64,000 nt of DNA from a virus (IMGVR_UViG_3300031867_000038:1-64000), one strand, 5' to 3'; counted from the stretch's first letter, positions 31,216-41,256 are shown. Numbers and translations: made by a program. Notes: generated by a model from the letters alone, not told the origin.

Positions 31216-32745
31216 TTAAAAAGCATTTTCTTCTCTTGGTATTACTTGAATATTAAGAGCTGGAACATCAATTAATTCATATTGATAATCTGTTACAAAT
31301 TTTGGTTCAATTTTACAAGTGGCTTTATTAGAAACACACCAAAGTAATACATCTTTATAACGACCACGTCTATTTTTATATACAGAAATTTTAGTGTCAG
31401 GAGGCGGGAATCCTTGCTGATCAACAAGCGGCTGTAGAGCTTCTCTATCTTCTTGGCTAGCATCAAGCATAATCATACCTAAATCAATTTTATCTGCAAT
31501 AGATTTAGCTCCACGTAAAAGGTTCTGATCATATACTTGAGCAGTTCTATATTCTGCATTAAGCTGGGTTGCAGTTTCAATAAATACTCCATATTCAACT
31601 GCGAGGTCTTTTAATCTAACGGCAATCATAAAGAGAATATTATACTCTTTTAATCCTTCTACTCTAGATTTGCCACTTACTTCAGAGAGAATTTTCATAC
31701 TAGTATGGACATAATCATGACAAATATATCTAGCATTAAATTCACGAACACCAAATTTAATTGTGTTTTCAATATCTTGAAGACTAAAATCTGGTAGCCG
31801 TTTAACCTGGAGTGGTGAGTTAGAAAGGACCGCCGCCGCATGTCTTACTCTTTCTAATTCATTTCCCATATAATTATTATATAAGATATGATCCTCTGGA
31901 ACGTCTGCAATAAAAGCCAGCATCATGGTTTGAATTTCATCTAGCTGTTGCTCTGTTGAAATATAGATTGTAGGTTCAGCACTTTTATTTTCTACCCATT
32001 CGCCACGCTTATATAATTCTATACAAGCAAAAGTACATGCGTCTGCAATCATAGCTCTAGTTTTACCGACGCCTGTTGCTGCAGATCTAAGATACAATTT
32101 ACCAAGACGCGCGCCACGAGTAATTGTATTAGTAATATCTCCGAACATAGGAATTCCTAATTCAGGAACTGTCATTAACCTATCAATTAATTCATCAACT
32201 CCTTCTCCTGCCTGAGCAAAAGAAGTATCAGCATTATCAATATATTTAGCTTTAATTTGTTCAATCTTAGCATCAATTTGATCTGCAATCTTTTCAATAG
32301 GAGTATTATCTAACCAATCTTCTTGAGCTTGTTTTTTCTTTTGGTCAAATAAATTATCTATATCATATAACCATGAAAGATCTAATCCAACTTGCTCTTT
32401 ATACATTCTAAACAAAGTCATTTTTTTCATGCGTTTATAATAATAATCAAAAGCAGCAAGTTGAGTTGATGCTTTAAGTTTTTCTAAATATTCTGCTCCA
32501 TTATTTGCTTTGTAAGTTGCTAATTTAGTTGGGCGTTGTTCAAGATAATCTTCAATAGTAGAAGTATCAATTGCGGCGGCCCCTAAAGCATGCAAATTAT
32601 ATATAGAACCAAAAATAATTTTATGAAATGGTTCCGTAAAATCATCTTCGGTAAAATGATAGTTTTCATTATCGAGTAGGTTCGGATTTAAATAGACTCC
32701 TCCAATAACTTGGACTATACTTCCAATATCAACATATCGACCCAT
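31216..32745 (-). CDS. dnaB: DnaB-like replicative helicase
   Basis: SAATGVGKT, ISTEQ, HDYVH, TATQLN, LRGAKSIADKID, YKNRRG. Confidence 0.85.
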   Translation of the reverse strand: MGRYVDIGSIVQVIGGVYLNPNLLDNENYHFTEDDFTEPFHKIIFGSIYNLHALGAAAIDTSTIEDYLEQRPTKLATYKANNGAEYLEKLKASTQLAAFDYYYKRMKKMTLFRMYKEQVGLDLSWLYDIDNLFDQKKKQAQEDWLDNTPIEKIADQIDAKIEQIKAKYIDNADTSFAQAGEGVDELIDRLMTVPELGIPMFGDITNTITRGARLGKLYLRSAATGVGKTRAMIADACTFACIELYKRGEWVENKSAEPTIYISTEQQLDEIQTMMLAFIADVPEDHILYNNYMGNELERVRHAAAVLSNSPLQVKRLPDFSLQDIENTIKFGVREFNARYICHDYVHTSMKILSEVSGKSRVEGLKEYNILFMIAVRLKDLAVEYGVFIETATQLNAEYRTAQVYDQNLLRGAKSIADKIDLGMIMLDASQEDREALQPLVDQQGFPPPDTKISVYKNRRGRYKDVLLWCVSNKATCKIEPKFVTDYQYELIDVPALNIQVIPREENAF

Positions 32746-32746
32746 T

Positions 32747-33262
32747 TTAATCCTCCTCTAAATTAAAGAGATGTGGCGGAGCTACATAAACCCTAGGTGA
32801 TGGGATCGAAACGGTCTGGACTGTGATTTGATAAGGGGCGGCCGCCGCATTTTTTTGTTGTTTTTGATATATTTCAAAATAATATTTATAAGCATCTTCA
32901 TAAATATAAGGTAATATACCAACTGCTCCATGTGCATTTTCTTTTGAACCATGTTTAATTTCATAAAACCATTTTAAAGCTTTGAGCATACCACTATAAG
33001 AAAATTTATATTCTGTTTTATACTTTTCTAATAGTTTTTGGGTTTTTACAAAATTAAAATCTTCCCCTAATAATGCACTAACATATTCAATTAAATTGTT
33101 CCAGTCTTCTTGCTCTTGAAGATCTGCCGCATCTTGTGCTTCATAACATTTCTTATGAGCATATCTATTTTTAATTTTTACGAACTCAATTTTAGGATCA
33201 TTTCTATCAAATGATTCACCACAAAATTTACATTTTACAATTGCTTTTGGCATTATTATCAC
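32747..33262 (-). CDS. Zn-finger protein upstream of helicase (possible loader)
   Basis: CKFC...HKKC; coupled to dnaB. Confidence 0.45.
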   Translation of the reverse strand: MIIMPKAIVKCKFCGESFDRNDPKIEFVKIKNRYAHKKCYEAQDAADLQEQEDWNNLIEYVSALLGEDFNFVKTQKLLEKYKTEYKFSYSGMLKALKWFYEIKHGSKENAHGAVGILPYIYEDAYKYYFEIYQKQQKNAAAAPYQITVQTVSIPSPRVYVAPPHLFNLEED

Positions 33263-33276
33263 CTACTATATATAAT

Positions 33277-33305
33277 ATTATACCAAAATAAAAGAAAATT
33301 GTCAA
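33277..33305 (-). promoter_or_regulatory. sigmaA-type promoter, -35 inside a 14-bp inverted repeat
   Basis: TTGACA-N17-TATAAT; repeat 33296-33332. Confidence 0.8.
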
Positions 33306-33351
33306 GAGTTTTTTTATCACTCTTGACAATTTAGTAATTATATATTTTATA

Positions 33352-35407
33352 TTAAGTTGGATTAGGAATATCTTTAAGATCGTCAATAATCAGAGACAAA
33401 GCTTCAGTCTGTTCACGACTCATATTACCGACTTTATTTCCTTTTCCAAGATATCTATCTGTTACCTGCTGGATTCGTGGACTCCAATATGATGCCATTT
33501 CTTCATCTGAAGCAGACTTAACAATATTTTCAATAATATTATTAAATTCTGCCATAAGAGTATCAAAATCTTTTGTAGGAGCTACTTCATGAGTATTTTC
33601 TCTCTTGTCAGTAAATAACTCCTGACCTTCTTCTGCCATTTGCTTGTCAATAGCATCAGCAATAGCATTAACAAGATTCTGATAAGTAAAATCAATTACG
33701 TCTGGGGTGTATTTAAAGCGGGACCCTGCTTCGTAACGAGGAGTTCCTCGCATAAACAACTTGGTGACGAGTGCTCCAGATTCATCTTCCACTGACCTTG
33801 AGTATCCGATAATGTCGCATAGACGAGCGCAGATATTGTTAGCTCTTTTATCAAGGGTTGGGACGATTTTATTATATTGCTGTTTTGATTCATCTGTAAA
33901 TACCTTATCTGTATCGTGAGAGATAATTACAAGACCAAAATTAAGCTGAACAATAGCACGAAGAGCTTCATCAAACTCTTTTTCAATCATGCCATACCCC
34001 TTGCCATAAGGAATATCGCTAACTGAATCAGCATTATTATTCGCACAAATATACTTAGTACATAGGTCATAAGCAATATCAGCAGTATCAATAATAATTG
34101 TTTCATACATTTCCTGAGCCTGTGGCTCTTTCAGCTGACGAAGAACACGCTTAAAATCAGACCATGAGTTAATGGGCAACGCCATAACGCCAGGAATTGC
34201 AGCATAACCTTTTTCAAACGCAAGGAGTAGAGCTTTAGGGAATTTTGCGGCAATTGTTGTTTTTCCTGTTTTCCCAATTTGTTATCCTATTAGTTTTTTA
34301 TCTAATAGTTCTTATAGTTTCCTATAAGTTCAGCATATTTTTTAATCCTAGTGAAAGGATTTCATACTCTCGTGGATTTATTATATTCTAAAAATTTATT
34401 GCGTTTACGTTGTAATGAAAAGCAATCTAATGAATAAAGTTTATTAAAAAGTGGAATGGCATTTTTAGTAGAAATAGCCAACTCATATAATCCTCTATTA
34501 TCTTTAGAAATATTTCCTACTTTAAGAAATTTTTTAATATCTTCAAGTAATTCAGAACGATGAGCGACTAATCTAAATCTGATATATTCATTTGCACTAA
34601 TTGAGACAGAACCATCTCCATCAAAAAATCCTAAAATAAAAGCATAAGTTAAATCAGGATCATTAAATTTAGGAAGATGCATTTCTTCATAAGTTTTGCG
34701 ATGAACAATACCAAATTTAACAAGCTGTTTTTTTTGCTGTTGGCTGGTCCATGAAAGTCTACATATTGTAAATCCATTTCCAGTTTCACGAACCATAATT
34801 TCACTTTCAATATCTAATTCATTTTTAATTTTTTCAAGAATTTCTTTATCTACAATAGATAACTCAATATTAATTCTATTTCGTTCCTTTTCTATCCAAC
34901 CGTCTGAAGCAAGAAAACCAAGTAACCAAGCTTTTTGACAAGAATCAATATTATCAAAATATTCATGATTTACGTGTTTTGTACGAGCTTTATTAGTTAA
35001 AGCATTTTGCCCTTTTCTAGAACGAATAGGGATACTATTATCAGTTAATATTTTTTTTACTTTATAAGTAGATAAATTACTAATTCTAGAAATTTCAGCA
35101 ATAGATTTTAATTCTATTACATACGCATAAATAATATCTTGGGTGTTCATGTCTGCAAACACACTCCTTTTAAATTTTTAGTTTCAAAATCTATGCGTTG
35201 CACGTGTTATAGTTTTTAAACTATAACTTCCGTTCAGATTAGCATATCAAATGACTTAGCTTTTCTGTTTTTTAGTATGATGTTCGACTATAATTACTTA
35301 TAGAAGGGGCAGATTATAGTTTACCCTCCGTACAGGAACACGGAATAACCACGTAAATCTCTGCTCACCTGGTGCGGTTGAACAGCAAAAATGTCAATAT
35401 TAGCCAT
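33352..35407 (-). CDS. AAA_24/Sak4-like ATPase split by a group I intron (exons 35407-35323 and 34274-33352; 335 aa spliced)
   Basis: Exon 1 MANIDIF...FLYGG+T joins GG AAA ACA GGA AAA to give YGGWKTGKTT (Walker A); IIIDT Walker B; AGGAG RBS. Confidence 0.85.
34275..35322 (-). mobile_element. Group I intron in ATPase gene (1048 nt)
   Basis: Exon end GGGU pairs with GCCC; P3 UCAUACU/AGUAUGA, P7 GCAUA/UAUGC; terminal G; frame restored. Confidence 0.85.
34362..35162 (-). CDS. Intron-encoded double-motif LAGLIDADG endonuclease
   Basis: WLLGFLASDG and FILGFFDGDG motifs, N-terminal HTH-like region. Confidence 0.88.
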   Translation of the reverse strand: MFADMNTQDIIYAYVIELKSIAEISRISNLSTYKVKKILTDNSIPIRSRKGQNALTNKARTKHVNHEYFDNIDSCQKAWLLGFLASDGWIEKERNRINIELSIVDKEILEKIKNELDIESEIMVRETGNGFTICRLSWTSQQQKKQLVKFGIVHRKTYEEMHLPKFNDPDLTYAFILGFFDGDGSVSISANEYIRFRLVAHRSELLEDIKKFLKVGNISKDNRGLYELAISTKNAIPLFNKLYSLDCFSLQRKRNKFLEYNKSTRV

Positions 35408-35453
35408 ATTTTACTCTCCTTTAGGTAGAACTAAGTTAGGTATTTAACCTAAC

Positions 35454-36422
35454 TTAGAACTTAAACCCGCCAGCGGGAATTCCTGGAACTGCGGTGGGAC
35501 CAGGAGCTGGAGCAGCTGCCGCATTGCCCTGATGTTGATAATATTCAACACTACGCTGCTTAACTTCGGCCAGCATAACATTACGATTCTCCATAGCTTT
35601 TGCAATATCAGCAGGAGTCAGAATATCTTCTGCACCAAAATCATAAGGAATCTTATTTGCGTGATTTACAACCCAATTACGCACTCTGCGCTCTACTACA
35701 TCAACAGCAGCCTCACCAAACGCAGATTCCACTTCCTTTTCAACCTTAACAACTCTGTTTTCGATATAGCCACGAATCCCAGTGTACATAGGATTACTAG
35801 GATCAATCCCTGCACTTTCAAAGTAGTTCATTGCGCCAGGATGACGAACAACAAAAGTCATAGGAAGAATATCATTGCGGAAATTGAATACACAACCTTT
35901 AAGCTTTACATAATCTTCTTCAATTCCACGCTCTTCATTCTTTTCAACATGTTCCACGTTAGTAATAAGAACATCACATTCAAACTTATTTCTTTCCTGT
36001 CCTTCAGCAGGAAGCTCTGCGGGGCTTCTAAGAATTGTTACAAATCCACCTTCATGACGAGGAGTAGATACGAGTTCATCTCCACCCTGGGGGTAGAAAT
36101 CATTTAGAGCAATACTTGGGGTCAGACGCACACAAGTGGCCTGATCAAGACCATCATTCATAATAGTCTTACCATTTTCAATAATCTGTTTCAGAGCATT
36201 ATAAGAAGGATTGCCTTTACCAGCCTTTGTAGTCGGAGTTACATAAGTATAATGAACCTGAATTACATTCATTCCAGCATCATCAGTAGCAACATCAAGT
36301 GTACCATTAATGAACTCTTTACCATAATTTTCGCTATCTTTTCTTTCTACCTTACGAATAGAAAGATCATGAGTATAAATACGACCTGCAATCTGTTCAG
36401 TATTCTTATTAGTTCTTGCCAT
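35454..36422 (-). CDS. Putative ssDNA-binding protein
   Basis: 322 aa beta-rich with low-complexity tail ending GGFKF; next to the ATPase; C-ending codon bias suggests high expression. Confidence 0.45.
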   Translation of the reverse strand: MARTNKNTEQIAGRIYTHDLSIRKVERKDSENYGKEFINGTLDVATDDAGMNVIQVHYTYVTPTTKAGKGNPSYNALKQIIENGKTIMNDGLDQATCVRLTPSIALNDFYPQGGDELVSTPRHEGGFVTILRSPAELPAEGQERNKFECDVLITNVEHVEKNEERGIEEDYVKLKGCVFNFRNDILPMTFVVRHPGAMNYFESAGIDPSNPMYTGIRGYIENRVVKVEKEVESAFGEAAVDVVERRVRNWVVNHANKIPYDFGAEDILTPADIAKAMENRNVMLAEVKQRSVEYYQHQGNAAAAPAPGPTAVPGIPAGGFKF

Positions 36423-36465
36423 ATTAGTTCTCCTTAGTAATTCATTAGTTTATATAAATATTATA

Positions 36466-36825
36466 TCATTTATTTTTATATTCGTCAAGTTTAAATGCTT
36501 TTCCCAATTCAGTTATCTGATAAGTAATGGGGGAAAGCGTTGACATCTTTTCTACATAACCATCAGTAGCAAGCTTACGCATTGTACCTGAAATAGAACG
36601 AGTATTCATATCCAGGGCTTCAGCCAACATTTTAGCTGAGAAAATATATCCATCTTCCTGGCCCTGGAGATACTCAAGGACGGCCGCGCCTTTTTCTGTA
36701 ATGACACTTGAATTTTTCACAGTTCCATTTTTAAATTCAGTAAAATAATTCATAGCATCTTCATTAATAGTATTTGTTTCTAGCAGTTTTTCGATTTCAG
36801 CAATAAAATTTTCTTTAGTAGTCAT
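36466..36825 (-). CDS. Winged-helix DNA-binding protein
   Basis: VLEYL..FSAKMLAEALDMNTRSISGTMRKLATDGYVEK..YQITELG. Confidence 0.75.
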   Translation of the reverse strand: MTTKENFIAEIEKLLETNTINEDAMNYFTEFKNGTVKNSSVITEKGAAVLEYLQGQEDGYIFSAKMLAEALDMNTRSISGTMRKLATDGYVEKMSTLSPITYQITELGKAFKLDEYKNK

Positions 36826-36858
36826 TACTTTTAAGCCTTTCTTTTATTTTATATATAA

Positions 36859-36887
36859 ATTATATCATAAAATAAAAGAATTGTCAA
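36859..36887 (-). promoter_or_regulatory. sigmaA-type promoter
   Basis: TTGACA-N17-TATAAT with TG extension. Confidence 0.8.
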
Positions 36888-36890
36888 TAA

Positions 36891-37604
36891 TTACCCTTTA
36901 AATAATTGCGCTACGTATGTCACATTATCATCTGCTACATAAACTCCAATAGCTGTTTCAGTAAAGTGCTGAAGAAGAATATTATCTCTATGGCTCTTGG
37001 AGTTCATCCAAGTATCAACCATCATCGCGGCGGTTGATAGCTCAGGATCAGCTTTTAATAAGTTTTCGCCAACAACAAAATAATCATCTGTAATTACGCT
37101 GTGACAAGAGGAACCATCTGGTCGAGTATGAGAAAATTGAATTGAACTTTCTTTTGCTCGAAGATCTGCGGCCGCTTGTAAATTTTTATTATAAGTTAAA
37201 ACAGGAAGATTATTTTTCTGACGCACTTGATTAATTAATGCGAAAATTTCTTCATTAATATTGTCATAAGTAGTTTGATATTCTATTGACTGTTCTTTTT
37301 CTGTTGGTAATGTAACAACATCATCATCATTACTATCATTTGTTTCTTCTGTTGTAACCACATTATCGGTAACAGGATTATATCGTTGATAATCAATATG
37401 TTCTTTACCATTTAGAATAACATATGTATTTGGGCCTGCATCATATTTTGGTAAGGTTCCAATAATTGGAACATCATGATCTGTTACACCAATAATATAT
37501 ACATTTCCGCTTGGTTGAATCGCATCTACATTTGTTGCTTCTGCAATTGTCAGCGGACTAATTAATATCATTAAAAGAAGTATTAATCCGATAATTCTTT
37601 TCAT
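36891..37604 (-). CDS. Secreted CAP (SCP/YkwD-like) domain protein
   Basis: Signal peptide; LINQVRQ, AADLRAKE, FSHTRPDG, GENL, WMNSKSHRDNIL. Confidence 0.85.
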   Translation of the reverse strand: MKRIIGLILLLMILISPLTIAEATNVDAIQPSGNVYIIGVTDHDVPIIGTLPKYDAGPNTYVILNGKEHIDYQRYNPVTDNVVTTEETNDSNDDDVVTLPTEKEQSIEYQTTYDNINEEIFALINQVRQKNNLPVLTYNKNLQAAADLRAKESSIQFSHTRPDGSSCHSVITDDYFVVGENLLKADPELSTAAMMVDTWMNSKSHRDNILLQHFTETAIGVYVADDNVTYVAQLFKG

Positions 37605-38824
37605 TCTGCTTTCTCCTGTAATACTAAATTTAATATGATACCAATAATAAGAGCTAAAGCAGTACCAGAAAGACTAAAAACATCGTTTCCAATTACTATA
37701 CCGCTAATTCCAACAGCAAGAATAACAGATACCAAGATTAAATTCTTAGAGTTATTTAAATCAACATCTTTAAGCAATTTGATACCACTTGAACTAATAA
37801 AACCATATAAAACACAAGCAGTACCGCCGCCAATTACACAGCTAGGAATTGATGCAATAAATGCTTGAACAGGTTCTAAGAAACCAAGACTAATCATCAT
37901 TAATGCAGCTACAACTGTAGTTTTTACAGATGCACATTTACTAAATCCTACTGCGGCAACTCCTTCGCCATATGAACAAGCTCCTAAGCCACCTAAACAA
38001 GAGGTAGCCAGATTTGCCATGCCTTCACCAATGAAGATTCGGCTTAAACCAGGAGTTTTATAAAGGTCTGTTCCAATAATGCCTCCAAGGGCGGCGTGAT
38101 CACTTAAACATTCACAAATAGCGCTAATTGTAAAAGCTATATATACAACAATAATAGGGATAATCGAATTGTCGATAGGAGCCCAAGAAGTAAAAGCTAG
38201 TTTTGGAAGAGCAACTAAATGAATATTATTAAATTTAGTGAAATCAACTAGCCCGAATGGAATAGCGACTAAGTATCCTACTAATGTACCAATCAAGAAA
38301 GGAAACATGGATAAGGCGCCTTTGAGATAATGACTTGATAATGCAATTGCTAATACTGTAATTAAAGCAATCATAATACCAAGATTTCCTGTGTCACCAA
38401 TATATCCAGGAATGAACCCCATAAGATTAATACCAATAACAATTGTGATAGAACCTATTAGAACTTTTGGCATTACTTTATACAAATTATCAATAGAGAT
38501 GTAATGAAAAATAATACCAAAAATAATGTATGTTAAACAAGCAACCGCTCCACCAATTGCTACTGCTGTATATCCTCCTGCGGCGAGTGCGGCCAGAACA
38601 GGAGCAACAAAAGCCCCGCTGTTAGAAATAAACATAGGAGATTTGAATCTTGTGAAGAGGCTATAAATGATTGTAGCCATACCGGCGCCTACAAAAGCAC
38701 CAGATAATTCGACTCCACAAATCTGTGCAATTAATGCAGTTGCTGTAAAAACACTTAATAGAATCTGTAGACTAAAAAGAAGTAACTTCCCGATAGGAGG
38801 AGTATCATTTGTTTTATAAATCAT
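37601..38824 (-). CDS. NCS2-family uracil/xanthine permease
   Basis: Many TM helices; LQILLSVF, SNSGAF, GEGMAN, SYGEGV signature, LYGFISSSG; ATG 38824. Confidence 0.88.
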   Translation of the reverse strand: MIYKTNDTPPIGKLLLFSLQILLSVFTATALIAQICGVELSGAFVGAGMATIIYSLFTRFKSPMFISNSGAFVAPVLAALAAGGYTAVAIGGAVACLTYIIFGIIFHYISIDNLYKVMPKVLIGSITIVIGINLMGFIPGYIGDTGNLGIMIALITVLAIALSSHYLKGALSMFPFLIGTLVGYLVAIPFGLVDFTKFNNIHLVALPKLAFTSWAPIDNSIIPIIVVYIAFTISAICECLSDHAALGGIIGTDLYKTPGLSRIFIGEGMANLATSCLGGLGACSYGEGVAAVGFSKCASVKTTVVAALMMISLGFLEPVQAFIASIPSCVIGGGTACVLYGFISSSGIKLLKDVDLNNSKNLILVSVILAVGISGIVIGNDVFSLSGTALALIIGIILNLVLQEKAE

Positions 38825-39332
38825 TGCGTTTCCTCCACATATAAATTTCATGAATAACAGCGTCAATATTATCAACCAGAATTCCAGCTTGCTTAATCAA
38901 ACCAGTAACATAAAGGTTTTGATATGAATATTGCTGCTCACCAAGGGAAGCAGCCCCGCCCCAATCTTTAGCTTCACTATGAGTATTAAAGCATTGACGA
39001 GTATCAGTGCAAATACCTATAATTAATTTATTGTCGCCACGCATAATCTTTTCATGAAACTTACCTATTTCTGCGCATGTCCCAGAAGGAAGAACGTCTC
39101 CATCAATACATGCTACAAGAATATCAGTATTATCTAAGCGGACATTATCTCCATTAGCGATTTCTTGTGAACCCGCAAATTTCTTTTTTCCTTCTACACC
39201 ATTTATTTCAGTGTTTTCTACTGGGCTATAAAGATTTACATCTGGAAAAGCTTTACGAATTTTTGTAGCCCATTCAATATTTCTTAGATAATCTCCATAG
39301 AAGAAAATTGGTCCTGCAAGGTATATATTCAT
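38814..39332 (-). CDS. Nucleoside 2-deoxyribosyltransferase-like protein
   Basis: IYLAGP, YSP, DILVA, SGTCAEIG with catalytic Glu. Confidence 0.8.
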   Translation of the reverse strand: MNIYLAGPIFFYGDYLRNIEWATKIRKAFPDVNLYSPVENTEINGVEGKKKFAGSQEIANGDNVRLDNTDILVACIDGDVLPSGTCAEIGKFHEKIMRGDNKLIIGICTDTRQCFNTHSEAKDWGGAASLGEQQYSYQNLYVTGLIKQAGILVDNIDAVIHEIYMWRKRNDL

Positions 39333-39712
39333 ACTTTAAACTCCTTAAAATCTTCTAAATAAAGAATTTTTTTATTTAATGATTCTGCATAAGTAATTTC
39401 TGATTGAGTAGATTGTCCAATATAATTATTCTTATTAATAATAAAAACCATATCTGCCATTTTAATTTTTGCTTTATGCAAGTTATCTAATTCTTGTTTT
39501 TGTATATCAGTAATTTGATCACCTGCATGACCAAAAATCATAGGCATAACAACAATACAACCTTCAAGAGTAAACCATTTACTCCAATATACAAAGTCAT
39601 CTTTAAATTTAGTGCTGCCGCACAAACATACAACAGGATATTTATGAGGAATATGTTTAATTATTGCCTGCGGTTCCATTATATCCATACTCCTTTGCTT
39701 GGTATAATTCAA
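39329..39712 (-). CDS. NDT-fold-like small protein
   Basis: VCLCGST..F, HKAKIKMAD..FIIN..YIGQST..EI.YA. Confidence 0.55.
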   Translation of the reverse strand: MNYTKQRSMDIMEPQAIIKHIPHKYPVVCLCGSTKFKDDFVYWSKWFTLEGCIVVMPMIFGHAGDQITDIQKQELDNLHKAKIKMADMVFIINKNNYIGQSTQSEITYAESLNKKILYLEDFKEFKV

Positions 39713-40649
39713 TAAAATATTTTTCTTTACTATTTAGTTCTTCTTTTGAGCAAGCAATAAGAAGTTCAAAAGTAAAGTTCTCTAGGCCCCATTCTTGCAT
39801 AGCTAAATAAAGTTTGTTTCCTGGGGGCGTATCTATTCCTAATCCACATTTACAATGTTCATTCCAACGCTTATAAATATCAACGCTTTGACCTATATAA
39901 CATTCAGTTGTTTGTAGATTAGTAATCTTATAAATTCCACATTGAGTTTTATTTTGTAAAATAATGGGGAATTTAGTCTTTGCTAAAGGCTGCCAATAGG
40001 TTTGCCAAATTAACATTGATAAAATTCTAGGCTTATGAAGAGTAAGTTTGACTCTTTCAAGAGCTTTGACATCTTCAAGATCTTGTCTTGAAGGAAGTAA
40101 TCTATAATTATCTTTATTATCTCGAACTTCTTGTTCTTTTAATAAAGCTTGATGCGCGGCCGCCCTTGTTGCTGCAATTTCATCTAGCTGTTTTTGTTTC
40201 CATTCTAACTCATGGTTAATAGTAGCTAGTTTTTTAGAATATTGTTCATCAATTTTATTATATTCTTTATCTAATTGATCACAATACGTTTCAAAAGCAC
40301 GCTTTGTTATTTCTTGTTGTGTTGCAGCTTCCACAGAAGCTGTAGTTTTAGTAATTTGAATATCTTGATTTAATTGACTTAATTGTTTATTTCCATCAGA
40401 AATATCTTGATCTAGTTGTTGTTTACATGTTTTTAAAGCCTGGATGCTATCATGTAAATCTTCTTTCTCTTGATATAATCCAGTATTGGTTACGTATAAA
40501 CCTGAATTAATAGTTTTTAATTTTTCATTTTCTACTGTTAATTGGGTGTTTTGCTGTTGTATTTCTAAATTAATTTTCTTGCGGGTTGCAAATGCATATA
40601 TGGTTAATCCCGCAAAAACTACAACTAGTATAAGTAAAATTATATCCAT
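39657..40649 (-). CDS. TM + coiled-coil + C-terminal GIY-YIG nuclease
   Basis: N-terminal ILLILVVVFAGLTIYAF; about 170-aa heptad region; GIYKITN..YIGQS..KRWNEH..EKYFI..YGYN. Confidence 0.8.
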   Translation of the reverse strand: MDIILLILVVVFAGLTIYAFATRKKINLEIQQQNTQLTVENEKLKTINSGLYVTNTGLYQEKEDLHDSIQALKTCKQQLDQDISDGNKQLSQLNQDIQITKTTASVEAATQQEITKRAFETYCDQLDKEYNKIDEQYSKKLATINHELEWKQKQLDEIAATRAAAHQALLKEQEVRDNKDNYRLLPSRQDLEDVKALERVKLTLHKPRILSMLIWQTYWQPLAKTKFPIILQNKTQCGIYKITNLQTTECYIGQSVDIYKRWNEHCKCGLGIDTPPGNKLYLAMQEWGLENFTFELLIACSKEELNSKEKYFIELYQAKEYGYNGTAGNN

Positions 40650-40702
40650 ATATACAAAAAATGGGCTGGGTTATACACCCAACCCTATTTAAAAACTATA
40701 TA

Positions 40703-40969
40703 TTATTCCTCAACTTCTGCATCTGGATCGAAAGCACGTCCATCAGCAGTCAGCTTAATAAGCTTAACCTTTTCATGAGTACCATCAGCGAGTTCCATCT
40801 CAGCCTCAACACGTTCGGTATAACCCTTGCGCTGGAAAGAGGTGACAGAACCATTGACTGATTTAACATTCATATCAAGTGCTTCTGCGATATCCTTTGC
40901 AGTGAAATCCTCGCCGTCATGAGCCTTAATGTAATTGAAAATATCCTTTGTAGCCTGCTTCATAGCCAT
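40703..40969 (-). CDS. Small winged-helix DNA-binding protein
   Basis: IFNYIK..FTAKDIAEALDMNVKSVNGSVTSFQRKGY..LIKLTADG; similar to 36466-36825. Confidence 0.75.
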   Translation of the reverse strand: MAMKQATKDIFNYIKAHDGEDFTAKDIAEALDMNVKSVNGSVTSFQRKGYTERVEAEMELADGTHEKVKLIKLTADGRAFDPDAEVEE

Positions 40970-41052
40970 AATAATTTGTTCTCCTTAAAATAAATATTTA
41001 ATAATTAGTTTTAATATTGGGCGAGAAATCAATCACCCTTTATTATGTTATT

Positions 41053-41081
41053 ATTATATCAAAAATTTTTCTTATTGTCAA
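41053..41081 (-). promoter_or_regulatory. sigmaA-type promoter
   Basis: TTGACA-N17-TATAAT with TG extension. Confidence 0.8.
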
Positions 41082-41256
41082 TGCTTCCTAAAAAATTTTC
41101 TACATACAATGTTACCATAACTAAATCCCTGGGTGATAGACATTCCATATATGATTGAATTTTCTCTTCATTAGATTGAACACTTTTGCCCAAGGCGATT
41201 TCCCGCTCTGCATTAATAATTTTTTGTCCGATGATTTGTATATCTCTTTTTTTCAT
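41059..41256 (-). CDS. Hypothetical protein
   Basis: 65 aa behind its own promoter. Confidence 0.5.
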   Translation of the reverse strand: MKKRDIQIIGQKIINAEREIALGKSVQSNEEKIQSYMECLSPRDLVMVTLYVENFLGSIDNKKNF

